From: Basidiobolus meristosporus CBS 931.73
Lineage: Eukaryota > Fungi > Basidiobolomycota
Assembly: GCA_002104905.1 (NCBI GenBank)
Contig: MCFE01000471.1
Span: forward strand, 1 to 64,000
Direction of reading: 5' to 3'
Length of the DNA: 64,000 nt
Positions 1 through 13,800 of the stretch are shown piece after piece (the first letter of the stretch is position 1; each line of letters begins with the position of its first letter). The position numbers and the translations under genes are program-made. The notes beneath the pieces are model-generated. The model saw only the letters and a program-made list of their open reading frames with translations, made no database searches and had not been told where the DNA came from.

Positions 1-1746
1 TGGTGCTCCCAAGGTGACTTGCTGGGTCTGATATATCCTTGCTCCAATAGCTGATCATTTGTCTCTTCATTTTCTCCGATTCCAATGGACTCATTCTGTA
101 AGGTGTCTTACTCACTGGAGAGCTATCTCCTGTGTCAATGGCATGATCCACATCTCTGACTGGTGGTAGGCTTACAAGCGCATCTGGAAACACGTCTGAA
201 TATTTCTTCAAGAGAGTCTGGACCTGCTGGGGTGCTGGGGCAGAGGAATCCTCCGGTAATACTGCCATGAGGAACATCTGAGTACCTTTTCTAAGTGCTC
301 TACAGAACTGGGTTTTGCCAAGTTCATTTGTCTTACACATACTGGAATTGACCAAGTTGAAATCCAGCCTGGCAGGTAATAGCTCATAGGTCTTGTTGTC
401 CTTTTGGATCTGAGTAGCATGGGTTTTCCAGTTGATTGATGGATTACAACAAAATAGCCAGGTTTTTCCAAGTGCAAGGTCAAACTTGCAGTTCCCAGAT
501 ATATAAGCCTGTAGGTCTTCTTCATAGTCATTGATCTTCATTTGTACTGGCTGGCTAATACAGTTGATTATGTGAGAGTTCCCATCAGCTGTGGAGACTG
601 AAGTTGATTTGGTAGGTTCCAAGTTGATTCCAGCTTTCAAGGCAAATTGTTCTGACATGTATTCATGTGATGCTCCTGAGTCAATCATGATTTTGGCAGA
701 TACTCCATTGATTACTCCAATTAAGAACAATAACTTCCCTGAGTTTGAGGTCATTTGGGTCAAGTACTCTTCTATCATATGGAAGGTGAGTTCTGAGTCT
801 TCTTTGAGCTCATCCTCCACATTACTGTGTTCATGGGACTCAATATGGCTGAAGGTTCTTGTTGGCCGGTGTCCATTTCTTCTCTGGGGACAGTACTTTG
901 CAATATGTCCTTGTTGGTGGCAATTGAAGCAAAGTCCTTTCTTTTTACATTCTTCTGAGGTGCAATTCTTCTGCATAGCGTCTATTTCCATTGGCACTGC
1001 TTCTGATAGTCTTCTTTCATAGTGATTGTAGCCTCTCTGATTAGTCATTGTGGGCTTCCCAACTCCAAACATAGCTGAGTCATAGTCAATGGCAATCTTG
1101 ATGGCTTCTTCAATAGTCTGAGGTCATTGATAATTCACTTCCTTGCAAGTTCTTTCTGTCAACCCATCAATATATTATTCAACTTGATACAGGGGGTTCA
1201 TTCTTTCAATTTGTCCAAGTAGACATCTGTACTCATAGACATATTCTTGAACCATTCCTTTCTGTCTGAGTGTCTTTAACTTCCTTCTTAGTAGTATCTG
1301 CTGGTGTGGAGGTTCAAAGGCATCCCAAATTTCCGACACAAACTCCTCTCAGGTAGAGATTGAAGAGAATGCTATCATAGTGGCTGACCTGATCTTGTTG
1401 TGGTACCACTGTAAAGCCGCATCTGCCAGGTCAGAAGCTGCATAATGCAACTTGCTTTCTGGCGCAATTCCTTTAGCCTTAAAAGCTTCTTCAATCTGAA
1501 ATAGCCAAGTTCCCAGGTTTTCATTGACTCAGCCATGGTACTGGTTGACCTTCACACTAAAGTTGCTCTTCACAGGGTTTTGCTGGCTTTGAGCCATGGT
1601 AGTCACTTCTTGCTGCTGCTGGCTCAGGATCTGGAGTAACTGTTGCTGCTGGGCCAGGATTTGCTGCATAGCATTCTTCCATTCTTGATTTTACAACATC
1701 TCAAGGGAGGCTTCTTCTTTCTTCAGGTGGGAGGTTTCTGGGTATT

Positions 1747-1756
1747 GATGCTACCA
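1747..1756 (-). promoter_or_regulatory. Primer-binding site of the Gypsy element (tRNA 3'-end type)
   Basis: Minus strand TGGTAGCATC one base after the LTR end; TGG is complementary to tRNA CCA. Confidence 0.7.
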
Positions 1757-1757
1757 A

Positions 1758-2099
1758 TGTTACAAGTCTTGGTATAAGAGTTGTAGAGGAATAGGGAGTT
1801 TAGGTAGTATTGTATTCACTAAAACTTGAACTGATCTTTATTGAGGTTCCAGCAGCTCCTTATATACATTTTGCCAGATCAATTGCTGACTAATTGTATT
1901 TCCTAAAGTAGGTTGTGGCTGATGACTCATTTAATTGCATCATCATCACCCAATAAAGATCCCACTTAATATATCTATTTCTGTCTGATAAGGGTCTGCT
2001 GATTCATTTGCTGACTAATGATTTCACCGATAATACTAATATACTGATAACCTAAACATACACTAATTGATTTAACTAAAAACTGATCTAACTTAAACA
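1758..2099 (-). repeat. 5' LTR of the Gypsy element
   Basis: Starts TGTTACA at 1758 directly beside the PBS, has TATATAA and AATAAA on the minus strand (~1845-1867). Right end at AAACA 2099 is approximate because there is no second LTR in the window. Confidence 0.7.
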
Positions 2100-2913
2100 T
2101 TCAAGCGGCAGATCATAACACATACAAGCAACAACCACAGTGTACCTATATATTTAGCCATGAACACATTATGAATATCCACAAAGCATTTCATAGTATC
2201 CAGCCAGTATATTCCTTCTTCCTGCTGGATTCTAGTCATCTTGATGGGAATGCTCTGGCCCTTGTTTTTTTTGATATATTCCATACAGAATGATGTAGAA
2301 ACTAGCCTGTGAGCAAGAGAAACCTGGAATACTTTATTAAAGCTGTCATAATAAAAATTAGTGGCTTGTTGTGCCCACCCTAACTATATATTACCATTCA
2401 TCACCCACACATTGGGGCTACTTAGCTTCTTAATGTCAAGGGTGTAGGTGTTGCCACACACATATATGTCCTCATTATTTCCAAACTCTTTCTGGCTGCC
2501 CTCTACATGCCAACTCATCATATCTGTGATGGTCTTGACATTAATATTCTTGATGAGATTTGGACATGGGAGTACCTGCAACTTGACTAGTCTTACTATC
2601 TTCCCACTCATCTGCTCCATACAACACTCCCAAAGGGTGAAGCATTACCCAATAACCTCCACACACTAAGCAAGATAGAATATAGCACAGATGTAATAGT
2701 GGAGCTCTCTATGCATTCAGCTCTATGCTTGTAGTATATTCTCTCAAATCATGTAACAAACTTCTTGCATAAAAGCCGTAATTGTGTCAGTTGGATTTGG
2801 TAATATGCTTTTGGATAAGTATTCCTACAATGTCAACATATGACTCCCAATGATTCCAATGTACTCCTGGCAGAAATGGCTCCAGAAGGCTACTTGAATA
2901 AGTACAGATCCTG
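2100..2913 (-). mobile_element. CACTA/EnSpm-like element copy C, segment 1 (transposase C-terminal part, degenerate)
   Basis: Homologous to 13600-14400 and 21400-21950 (W-E-F-P-M-E-Q-M-x-G motif region); joins 7597 across Copia-1. Confidence 0.75.
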
Positions 2914-3282
2914 TGTTGCAATTTAAGAAGTGATTTGGATATAAGGAGCTTATCAAGAAATAGTGATAATAGTTGAACTGTTGTTTATTCATAAAGAAGC
3001 TCAGTATTTATACCTTTGTAGAAGTAATACAGCTGTTACACTAAGTAGGGAGGGTTTCTCAATATTCAGGAGCATTCTGTAACAATTTTAGGGTTAGTAC
3101 ATAATGTTTGGTAATAGTGCTAATTTGATCCTGACTACAGGGGAATAATCATAAGATCATATATCTGGAGAAAGTGGCAAAGTTAAGGCAGTAAATGAGT
3201 CCTACAGTGACTACAACTAGTCTAGAATTGTTAAGTAAGTTTTTAGCTGCTAAATGAAACCAGATATTCCAATATTTCAAAA
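2914..3282 (-). repeat. Copia-1 3' LTR
   Basis: About 19 differences by eye from 7228-7596; terminal CA mutated (TCAAAA). Confidence 0.92.
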
Positions 3283-3359
3283 CTCCCCCTCAACTAAATG
3301 ATTTCTTAATCCCAATTTCTCTCTAAGGATCTCAAACTGTGGCCTAGCTAGTAGTTTTG

Positions 3360-6300
3360 TCAATATGTCTGCCACCATTTGTCAGTTGGGCAGTAAATTA
3401 GCTCCACTAAGTTATTTTCTACAGCTTCCCTCACAAAGTGATGCTGTATATCAATGTGCTTAGTTCTGGCATGATTAGTAGGATTTCTAGCTAATGAAAT
3501 ACAACTTTGATTATCCTTGTAAATACATGTTGGTTCACCTGATTTAAAACCCAAGTCTTTGAATAATTTTTGTAGCCATATAGCCTCCTTAGTTGCTTGA
3601 CAGGCAGCCATATATTTGGCTTCAGTTGTAAATAGTGCCACAGTTGGTTGTTTCTTGCAATTCCAGGTAATAGCTGCACAAGCATAAAGAAATACATAGC
3701 CTGTGGTAGAGCGTCTGTCAATCAGATCCCTACCCCAATCTGAATCACTATAACCATCAAATTTTTGCCTATTAGCTGCTCCAGAGTATTCCAGTACCAT
3801 ATTTATGGTACCTTGTAGATATCTGAAAATTCGCTTAACTGCTGCAATTTGATCTGATCCATAATTCTGCATGAATTGACTGACTATTCCAACTGCCACT
3901 GCAATATCTGGACGTGTAGACACCATCAAGCACATTAGGCTACCAACCATTAATTGATAGGGAAAGTTCTGGTCCATATTTGAGCCGTTTTCATCTATAA
4001 CTGGCTGAGAATTGCTTAGTTTCAGGTTATTGTCCATAGGGGTTGCTGCAGGTTTGCAATTTTCCATTTTGAAGCATCTGAGAATGTCCCTGATGTACTT
4101 AGACTGATTCAGCACAATTCTCTGCGTAGGTATGTCAAATTTGACCTTGATTCCAAGAAAATAGCTCAATTTTCCAAGATCTTTCATCTCAAATTTGCTG
4201 AAGAGATCTGATTTCGTCTGTTTAAGTGCCTCTTGGTCACTTGTAGCTATAATTAGATTGTCCACATAAAGAGCTTGGATGATCACACCCTTTTTGAGCT
4301 GTTTCACATATTTACTGTGATCTGCAGTGCTACAAGAGAACCCAATTTCCTCTAGATATGTGTCAATCTTGTTACACCATGCTCTGGGTGCCTGCTTAAG
4401 CCCATACAACAGTTTTCTAAGCTTGCGCGCCTTATGGGGGCCTTTTGGATTGGTGAAACCTTCTGGTTGCTCTATATATTTATTTCTTGCAAATCCCCAC
4501 TTGGAAAGGCTGTTTTGACGTCCATTTGGTGTAGATCTAGACTGTGTACAGCTGCCAGGGCTAGAGCTATCCTAATAGTGTTAAACTTTGCAACCAGAGC
4601 AAAAGTTTCCTTAAAGTCTAGTCCCTGGATCTGGGAATAGCCTTTAGCTACCAATCTAGCCTTGTACTTATCAACGGCACCATTTGAGGTTATCTTGATC
4701 TTGTAGACCCATCTACATCCTATTGGCTTTCTACCATTTGGTAAATCTACCAGTTCCCACGTTTTTGCCTTGATCAGTGATTGTTACACCTCCTGCATGG
4801 CTTGTTGCCACTTAGTAGCATCTGGACTTTGCATTGCCTGTTCCAGATTCAGAGGTTTGGCACATAAGGCAAGATACACTTCTTCATGATCATTGGATGT
4901 CTGCCACCAGGATCCAGGGGCATTTCTTATTCTGGTAGATCTCCTAACTGGGATAATCTGTTCTGATCTGGAGCTGGTAGAAGTATCTTCCATATCTGGC
5001 TGGATTTGGTATGTATCTTCTTCATTAGTGTTGATTGTATCATCAGGCGGCTGACCAATGACTTTTGTGGCTTTCTGATCTGAATTCTCCTCAAATACAA
5101 TGTCCCTGCTCTTGATCAGCTTCTGAATTTTGCCATCATACACTCCATACCCTTTAGTATCTTCACAATACCCAAGAAAGGTCCCTTTCCTACTCTTTGG
5201 TTCCAACTTTGAGCGTTTTTTGTCAGGGATGTGATAAAGAACATCACTGCCAAAGATCTTGAGATGCTGGAGATCTGGTTTTTTGCCTCTACATGCTTCA
5301 AAGGGTGTAGAATCACATAGGGCTGTTGTTGGGCATCTGTTCTTGATGTATACAGTAGTAGCAACAGATTCAGCCCAAAACTTGTAGTCCATTCCCTTAT
5401 CATGTAGCATAGATCTTCCCATCTCTACTATTGTTCTATTTGCCGTTCTGCTACTCCATTTTGCTGTGGAGTATGAGGAACTGTGGTCTTTTGAAGTATA
5501 CCAGTAGACAAGCAGTATTTTGCAAACTCCTTTGAGCAGTATTCTCCTCCATTGTCACTTTGTAGTACCTTCAATTTACACCCAGTTTATGTTTCTGCCA
5601 TGTTCTTGAAGTGCTTAAATGTCTCTAAAGCTTCATCCTTTGTTTTGAGGAAGTACACCCATGTAAATCTTGTCTTGTCATTAATAAACGTCATCAAGTA
5701 TCTCTTGGCTCCAAAGGACAGTGTTCTCATGGGGCCAAATATGTCTGAGTGTACAATAGCCAATATTTTGGTGGTATTGATGCCTTCTGAGCTCTTGAAA
5801 CGTCGCCTAGCTTGTTTGCCATATGAACATCCCTTAAAAACATTCAATTTGATTGGAATTGAGTATTTTAGGCCCAAAACAAGCTGATTTTTCACCAATT
5901 GGCTCATTTTCTGTTCCCCAATGTGTCCTAGCCTCCTATGCCATGTCTCCCAGTTGGTTTCATCAGTTTCAGCAATGTTGACATACTCAGGTACAATGAT
6001 CTTGCATTGTAACTTGTATATATTGTGATCTCCAATTCCTAAAGCTAATTTTTGTCCATTTTCACTCAATATTGAGCAGCTCTGCTTAGTAAAAAAAAAT
6101 TTCAGTCCCTGAGTAGTTGCTTTACTGACTGAGAGTAGGTTCTTAGATATTCCAGGTACATAGAGAATGTCAGTCAGTTTTGCTGTTGTTGCCCCTCAGT
6201 TATCACTTATATTTAGTTGTACAGACCCACTGGCGGTAGCTTCCAATGCAGAGTTATCTCCCAGAAAGACCTTTCTTACGGGAATAGTTTTTAAGTTGCT

Positions 6301-7191
6301 GAACCAAACCTTTATACCACAAATATGCTGTGATGCTCCAGAGTCAATATACCATTCATTACTTCGGTTACTTGCACTCTCTTGTACAGTTACAAATAAC
6401 TGTTCATCAGTAGTTATATGGTTTGCCTGCTCTAGTTTCTGTTTTTTGTCTGCTTGTTACTTCTTGCATTCTCTTGCCCAGTGTCCTGGCTTCTTACAGT
6501 AGTTACAGCAGCCAGGTTTTCTTTGGTTTTGTTGCTTTCCCTTCTTTTCTGTGTGCCTTTCTGAACTGAATAAAGCATTAACTTCAATTTTTTCTGCTTG
6601 ATCATTATGTCTGAGTTCTTCATGGAGAAGTCTTCCTTTGACATAGTCTAAAGTCAAGTTGTCTTCTCTGCTTTCAAAAGAAAGTATGAGTGGCTCATAC
6701 TTGTCTGGTAGGCTGCAAAGCAGACATAGTATCTTTTCTTCATCATCTACACCAGCATTAATACTGTAAAGTTCTTCTGCAAGTGTCTCCATTCTGGTAA
6801 TGAGTTGTAGCATGTCATCATCTGGCTTCTTCCTCATGTTGAAGAACTTTTGTTTCAAATAAAGCTTGCTTGATACTGACTTTGCTCTAAAGATCTTCTC
6901 TAAGGATTCCCATGCTGCTTTGGCAGTATTTTAGGCATGGATTTGTCCAATGAAGGAGTCTTGCACATTGATGCATATGGCATTGAAGGCCTTTCTCTCC
7001 TTCTCTTGAGACTTCTCCACATCTTCTGCTGTTCCTTTGGGCTCAACTTCCTTTCCTGTTACTATGTTCCAAAGCTTTCTTTCCTCAAGGTGGATCTGCA
7101 TCTTGATTCTCCCAAGTCTGTAGTTCTTCCCATCAAACCTCTCTTTTACAGGAAAGATGTTGGTATTACTTTGTTTGCTGGTAGAAGTCAT
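3360..7191 (-). pseudogene. Copia-1 gag-pol pseudogene
   Basis: ORF fragments 6931-7191, 6457-6858, 5587-6069, 4784-5422, 4472-4654, 3360-4409 are collinear Copia domains broken by stops and frameshifts. Confidence 0.9.
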
Positions 7192-7213
7192 CTTTAGAAT
7201 AGATCAAGGCAAT

Positions 7214-7227
7214 CAGGGCTCATAACC
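7214..7227 (-). promoter_or_regulatory. Copia-1 primer-binding site, half-tRNAiMet type
   Basis: GGTTATGAGCCCTG abutting the LTR; complementary to the initiator tRNA-Met anticodon stem-loop (CAGGGCUCAUAACC). Confidence 0.85.
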
Positions 7228-7596
7228 TGTTGCAATTTAAGAAGTGATTTGGATATAAGGAACTTATCAAGAAATAGTGATAATAGTTGAACTGTTGTTT
7301 ATTCATAAAGAAGCTCAGTATTTATACCTTTGTAGAAGTAATACAGCTGTAACACTAAGTAGGGAGGGTTTCTCAATATTCACAAGCATTCTGTAACAGT
7401 TTCAGGGTTAGTACATAATGTTTGGTAATGGTGCTAATTTGATCCTGACTAGAGGGGAATAATCATAAGATCATATATCTGGAGAAAGTGGCAAAGTTAA
7501 GGCAGTAAGTGAGTCCCAAAGTGACTAAGACTAGTCTAGAATTGTTAAGTAAATTTTTAGCTGCTGAATGATACCAAATAGTCCAATATTTCAACA
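7228..7596 (-). repeat. Copia-1 5' LTR
   Basis: TGTTGCAA...TTCAACA, direct repeat of 2914-3282. Confidence 0.92.
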
Positions 7597-10500
7597 TCCT
7601 GTTCATCCAGTCCTTGCATTTGTATTGTTGCACATATGTATGAATATTGATTGGGGCATGTGAAAGTATTTTGGATAGCAGATACCCTGTAGTACTTTGA
7701 TATTTCTTTCAGATTTTGTGAGTATCACAAATGACTCATTCAGCTTGAAGTGCCCCTTATACAGCTTAGTCATTAGTATAGGCATATTGTTCAAACGCAA
7801 ATTCATTGGTCCTAGCAAAAAGCTTTTGCTCTAGCAGATTTGCTCTATCCTAAGTATCTCCAATATCTGATTAATTCCATATTCTAGCCAGTGATTAAGC
7901 CAATTTTGCTGCAATTTTATGCTGACTTCTGTGCATTTTCTCTGTGGGAAGATTATGTACTTAGTGTTAGTGTGTGGATAATAATGAAATGTAAGAGTTG
8001 TGGAGTAAATCCCCTGGATCTCACACATTTGACAGCAATACCATTCATTGTGTCCAGAAAAGGTGGCTATCTTGCTTTTGGCTGGGGTATATCCTATGCT
8101 GATAATGATATGCACTTTGATATGATGGTCATTCAGTAGCATCTTACTGGAAAGCATGTAAGGTTTGTGAAGCAATAGAGACAGGTTGCTGTCCATGTTG
8201 GATGATGATTTAGGCCTGGATACCAGTGATACTCCCATTGGAGTTCTGCTCTGATATTCTAGGATAGGTGGCAGATTCAGGTTAATGAGGATATGTGGCC
8301 AGCAGGATTTGCTGGTTGAGTACTTGTTTAATGAGAATCCATCAAATCCCAATGCAAAGACCTGGTCATACATACCATCAAAGCAGCCCTTTCTTCTTGG
8401 TGGTTTATAGTGATTACCATTAAATAGATTGAAAGTGTTTCTGCTTGATTAATTCTGAGTGCAGTACTTATAGATTTAAAATATTTCTCAGACTGTATGA
8501 GCTTCTTTAGACATGGGATTATTGGTATATACTGAGAGTGCAACAAATGTTATCCTCCAATGGTGGGGAATTCCTGATAATCTAGGCACCTTTCAATGGT
8601 GGCATTTTCTGATGTAAATGCCATGCAACTATTAACACATGCTAGTATCAGGACAGTCTTTGGGTCACATGTTGCCAACAGCATCATGGTTGTCCATTTG
8701 TACCATGTACATGGTAAGTTGCATCCCAGAATGATTTTGGCAAGATAGAGTAGTAAATCCCCAACACCTCCATTGCAGATATTTGTGGAAATGCACCACC
8801 TCACTGGCAACAACTTCACTTTATTCACCGGTAGATAGATTACTGGGCTCACCTGGCTCCATGAAGTATTCTTATCTTTTTTTCTGCATGTGTTGTCTCA
8901 TTCTGTATTGGTATTTTGCTGGGCTCATGCAGGGTACTATTGTAAGGGGAAATAGGCTTACAATTTACCAGTGAGTCTTCATCCTTGGAGCTATCACTCT
9001 GCACACCATTTTCACAAGGCTGAGGTGAGCCCAAAAGCATCATCAACTCACCAGACTCAGCTTATGTAAGATGACAGGTATAGCTAGGTGCCATTATGGA
9101 AATATCAAGTGGCCAGCAAGGTATTGTTAGTGCAGTAGTGACTGATGAATGGTCAAGTTTAACTTATGTTGCAGACACTTTCTGTGATCCTTGTAATCCT
9201 TCCAATGCTGTCAGCATGCCTCATGACTGAAAGGCTTATTACAACATGGTCTTTTTTCTTGTCTCTTGCAGCATTGAATCAGAGTGGCCTTCTTCATGGG
9301 GCAAACAGTTTGATACTAAGCAACATAATGTGAGTGTATCTCTTTTTTGTCAGTACTTGTGTGAATTTAAGACAGTCTTACATTTGACATATTGCACCTA
9401 GGCAAATGTAAGATTCAATGATGACCCACAACAGTAAGTATTACAAGTAAAGTTGAGGCACCACATATGTATGTATATGAAACACTATTTTTCCTTTGAT
9501 ATAACTCACCTCTGCATACATGCTGCCAAAAGTAAGGCAAAGCTGTTTGGCTCCCAATCAAACCGCATTGCTCACAGCAGTGTATGTATGGCTGGATAAC
9601 AGCATGCTTTGACACGCAGTGCAACAAGCAGGGCCACATTTAAAATAGCCCATGTTGGTTGTGTGCCCACTGTAGGTAATAATGTGGACTCTTTGTGCTC
9701 TGAGGTATGTAGGCTAATGAGAACCTCTGTGGAGCCACAAGCTGACCATAATGTTCAGGCAGATGAGAATGTAGTAAACACAGTACATTTGGCTGAAGAC
9801 CAGCAAATGACTCTCATCACATCACCACTACCTATATTAGCCAGTATTTTGTCCGCTCATACCAATTCATCAATAAGGCAGTTAGGTACTGTGGGCAGCT
9901 AGATAGATGTATTGACCCAGAGAAATCAGGAAAGAGTTCAGAAACAGGATTAGCAAGTAATATGTGGAGAGCATTTGATATTTCAGGTGGAGAATGCAGT
10001 ATCTTTGCTGCAAAGAAGGAACTCAAGTAACTCAATGTTGCAGCCAAGAGTTGAGCTTTTTCCCAATGTAATGGCAGAAGACCACTCTATGGTCCTTGAG
10101 GCACATTAACAGTGCTCAAAAATAATGCCCACAGAAAAGCCTATTGCTGCAAGGAAGGGAGAGACTGTGGTATATATACCCAAGCCTAAAAATTAAAAGA
10201 CAATGCAAATCTGTAAAACTGGTGAGTGCAACAATGAAGAGTGGGCTAACATGTAAGAGGCAATGAGAAGTCTAGCATGGCATCACCTTATGGCCAGCAT
10301 ACCATGGAGCTATCTGGAACTCAAAGTCAAGCAGAATGCACTTGACATGTTCCAGAAGCATTTTCCTAGCTTCAAGTGAGCAAATGGCTCCCAGGCCAGC
10401 ATTGGAATGCTAAGAAAGTATTTCAAGGTTGGCAGAAACTACAAAAGGTAGAAGTATAAGGATGCCATGGCTAAAAACCTGTGGCTTTTTTAAGAGCTTA

Positions 10501-10810
10501 TGACAAGCAGAGCTGAAAGCTCTAAACAAGAGGCGAACAAATGTCAGGTAGCTAGAAGAGTGCCAGTAAGGGACAGGCATGCAGAAACAGATGCATTGGT
10601 GCAGCACATATCAAGGAGAAAACATAGCTTAATAAAAGAAGTACTTGGTCACAGTAGCAGTAAAGAACTTAACAGTTATAATGAACTACAGCTTTCTCAG
10701 GAGTTCATCACAAGCAGGGCTGGAAGTTCCAAACAAGCAGCAAAGAAATATCAGGTTGCCAATAGGATGCTGGCAAGGGACAGGCAGACAGAAACAGATA
10801 TACTTGAGTA
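7597..10810 (-). mobile_element. CACTA/EnSpm-like element copy C, segment 2 (transposase N-terminal/core plus accessory ORF remnants)
   Basis: 7831-8373 encodes ALGFDGFSLN...CWPHILINLNLPP...GYTPAKSKIATFSGHNEWYCCQMCEIQG (Transposase_21/Tnp2-like); inverted homolog of 11900-13700 and 19600-21450. Confidence 0.85.
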
Positions 10811-13800
10811 CCCTATGAGAAATTACTGTGGTAATTCCATCAGAAGGCAGTAACAAACTTAAAGTCCTATGACTGAGAGGTACTAATCCTGTCAGGACAC
10901 CATGCAGAGCCATTGAAAATAATTGCATTCTATTTTTACAAAAAACTTGATCAAAATTTTTCATCAAATTAATAAATTAGTAGCTTTTGATTGGGTCCCT
11001 GCCTACTTGCTCACTTTCTGATTGCAGACACTTGATCACTTCCTACATTTGTGTACATTGATTGACTTTTGCCTCTTTTTTACACTGCTTACTCCCTGAC
11101 TCAACTGTTTCTCTTACTTTTTGTGTGTGCAAATTGATTTATTTCTGTTGAAACTTCAAATGTACCTCAATTGCCAATTACAATGGCCTATACAAGTCTC
11201 TATGCACTACACTAACACTAAGCTGTACCCCACACTCAACAAGCTACTCCAATTAAAATCCACCACTCAATAAGTATTTCTGGTGTAACACTCCTTTTTC
11301 ATGACCCTACCAGGAATCCAATGGCTTAATGCCACTGTTCATTCACTGGTCTCCACACATCCCGGCCTTCAGCTGGCACTGCAAGGTCTAGCATCTCATC
11401 TGCCAGTCTTTGCAATAAATCCTTGCAATATTCCAGTATGTTTTCTTGAGCACTGCTCTTGAAGAAGTGCTGTAAGCTCTTGGTGTGCCTACTAATGCTC
11501 CAGAATTCCACTGAAGGCAATGTGACAGTCTTTCAAGTTCTTGCTGTTGTAGCCTTCTCTGTCAGAGGGATCTCCACTCTGTCAACAATGGAGGACATGG
11601 AGGCTGTGATTGACAAATTGCCTTTCTCTGCAGACTCATCTACCTTGCTGGAGTGTAGCTCAACTGCCACATACCAATGCTGGCATAAAATCTGTTTGCC
11701 AGTTTGAATCCAGGATAATGCTCATGGAACAAGTCAAGTGCATTCTGCTTGGCCTTGAGTTCCTGATGGTCCTGTGGTATACCAGCCTTAAGGTGATGGC
11801 ATACTAGACTTCTGATGGCATCTTGAATATTAGCCCGCTCTTTGTTATTGCACTCAATGGCTTCACAGATCTTCAATGTCTTTTGATTTTTAGGCTTTGG
11901 TATAAACACCGCATTGTCACCCTCCCACTCTATTATAGGCTTTTCTGTGAGCTTTATCTTTGGGCACTGTTGTTGTGCTGCAAAGACTGTATATTACAAG
12001 GATCACAGCCAGTGGCTTGTCACACAAGTCATATTCAACCATTCATTGGCCACTACTGTACCAACATTATCTTGCTGGCTGGTTGATACTTCTATGTTGG
12101 CACCTGACCATTCTGGTCACCTTGCACAAACTGAGTCAGGTGAGTTTGTGATGCCTTTAGGCTCATCTCAGCCTTCTGAATATAGCACACAGAGTGATAG
12201 CTCTGACAAAGAAGGTTCACTGAAGGATCTTGAGCCTATCTTCTCTAACAACAAGCCATGTATGATCCTGGTCTAATCCCTATATGCAATGAGACAACAC
12301 CCATTGAAACAAATGCCAAGGACACTTTATGGAGCCAAGTGAGCCCAGTAATCCATCTACTGGTGAATGATGTGGTGTTGTGGCTAGAGAAGCAGTGTGT
12401 TTTCATTCATATGTGTAATGGGGCATTGAGGATTTACTACTACTTATTGCCAAGTTTATCCAGGGATATAACTTGCCATGTACATGGCATAAATGGACAA
12501 GTATCATAGAGCTGCCTACATATGACCTAGAGACTGTTGTGATATTAATATGTGCTAACAGTTGCATGGCACTCACATCCAAAAATGCTTCCACTGCAAT
12601 GTGTCCAAATTGTCAGGAATCTACCTCCATTGAGGGAAAACATTATTCACACTCTGGATATATTCCAGTAAAACCCCATCTGAGGAAGCCAATGCAGTTC
12701 AACAAATATTGCAAAGCTATACAGTATTGCACTCAGTATAAATCAAGTGCAAACATATCCAATATATTTGATGGCAAACATTACAAACAGCTAAGAAGCA
12801 AGGGCTACTTTGAAGGTGTGTGTGACCATGCCTTTAATTTAGCACTTGATGGATTCTCATTAAACTAGTATTCCACCAGCAGATCCTGCTGGCCACTGAT
12901 TCTCAGCAATCCAAATCTGCTGCCCATGTTACAGTATCTGAGAAATGATCTGATGGTAGTCTCACTAGTATTTGGGCCAATATCACCATCCAATCTGGAT
13001 TGCTATCTGTATCCATTGCTGGATGAGTTTTGTATGCTTCTCATTGGGATAACAGTAAATAGCCATCATGTAAAAGTGCATATTATTATCTGCAACAGAG
13101 ATACCCCAGCCATCAGCAAAATAGCAGGTTTTTCTGGGTACTTTGAATGGTATTGCTGTCAAATGTGTGAGATCCAGGGAATATACTCTATAACCCACAC
13201 ACACTATTATTATCCAAGCACCAGGTTAAACAACAGCATATTTCCACAGAGAGAATGTACAGAAGTCAGCATGCAATTGCAGCAAAGTTGGCAAGCTATG
13301 AGCCATTGGCTGGAATATAGAATCTATTGGTAGTCAGAGATACCTAAAATAGAGGGTATCTGTTGGAGCAAAAGCCTTCCACTAGGAGCAATGTATTTGC
13401 TTTTCAACAATATCTCTATACTGATGACCAAGTTGTACTGGGGCATTTCTAGCTAAATGAGCCCTTCAAGATATTGGAGAAGTTTGAAGGAACTTGCAAG
13501 ATATTAGAGTATTTGCTACCCCAAGTACTTCTCACAGGCTCCAATTAATATTCATACACATGTGCAACAATATATATGCAATGACTGGATGAACTGAATA
13601 TGTATTTATTCAAGTGGCATTCTGAAGCCATTTCTAACAAGAGAACATTGGAAGCACTTGGAGTGATATGTGGACAATGAGGGAGTATTTATCCAGAAGC
13701 AGATCACTGATGCCAACTTGACATACCTATAGCTCTTATGAAACAAGTTTGTAACAGGATTTGAGTGGCCAAACTACAAAAATAAAGCTGTACACATAGA

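Larger units (their letters stand above)
1..2099 (-). mobile_element. Ty3/Gypsy LTR retrotransposon, degenerate, 5' part (LTR, gag, protease, start of RT); continues beyond window start
   Basis: Minus strand gives a Retrotrans_gag-like segment (WLFQIEEAFKAK...LQWYHN), CCHC knuckle CFNCHQQGHIAKYC (~893-935), protease IMIDSGAS (~670-697) and RT start RPSKSPWGAP (1-30). Order gag-PR-RT; stops and frameshifts present. Confidence 0.9.
2914..7596 (-). mobile_element. Copia-1: full-length Ty1/Copia LTR retrotransposon with disrupted gag-pol
   Basis: Two 369-bp LTRs (2914-3282, 7228-7596), 5-bp TSD TCCTG (2909-2913 / 7597-7601), PPT AGGGGGAG beside 3282. Minus-strand gag (FDGKNY, CNYCKKPGHWAREC), GAG-pre-integrase WHRRLGH, integrase, RT (YGLKQAPRAW, ALYVDNL), RNase H (YSDSDW, KHIDIQHHF). 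Confidence 0.95.

Noticed and set aside
591-1022. Antisense ORFs over Gypsy, Copia and LINE coding regions (e.g. 591-1022, 5552-5887, 6167-6502, 56410-56652, 58459-58716, 61843-62100)
   Set aside because: Shadow frames of TE genes. Their repetition reflects the repeated element, not separate genes.
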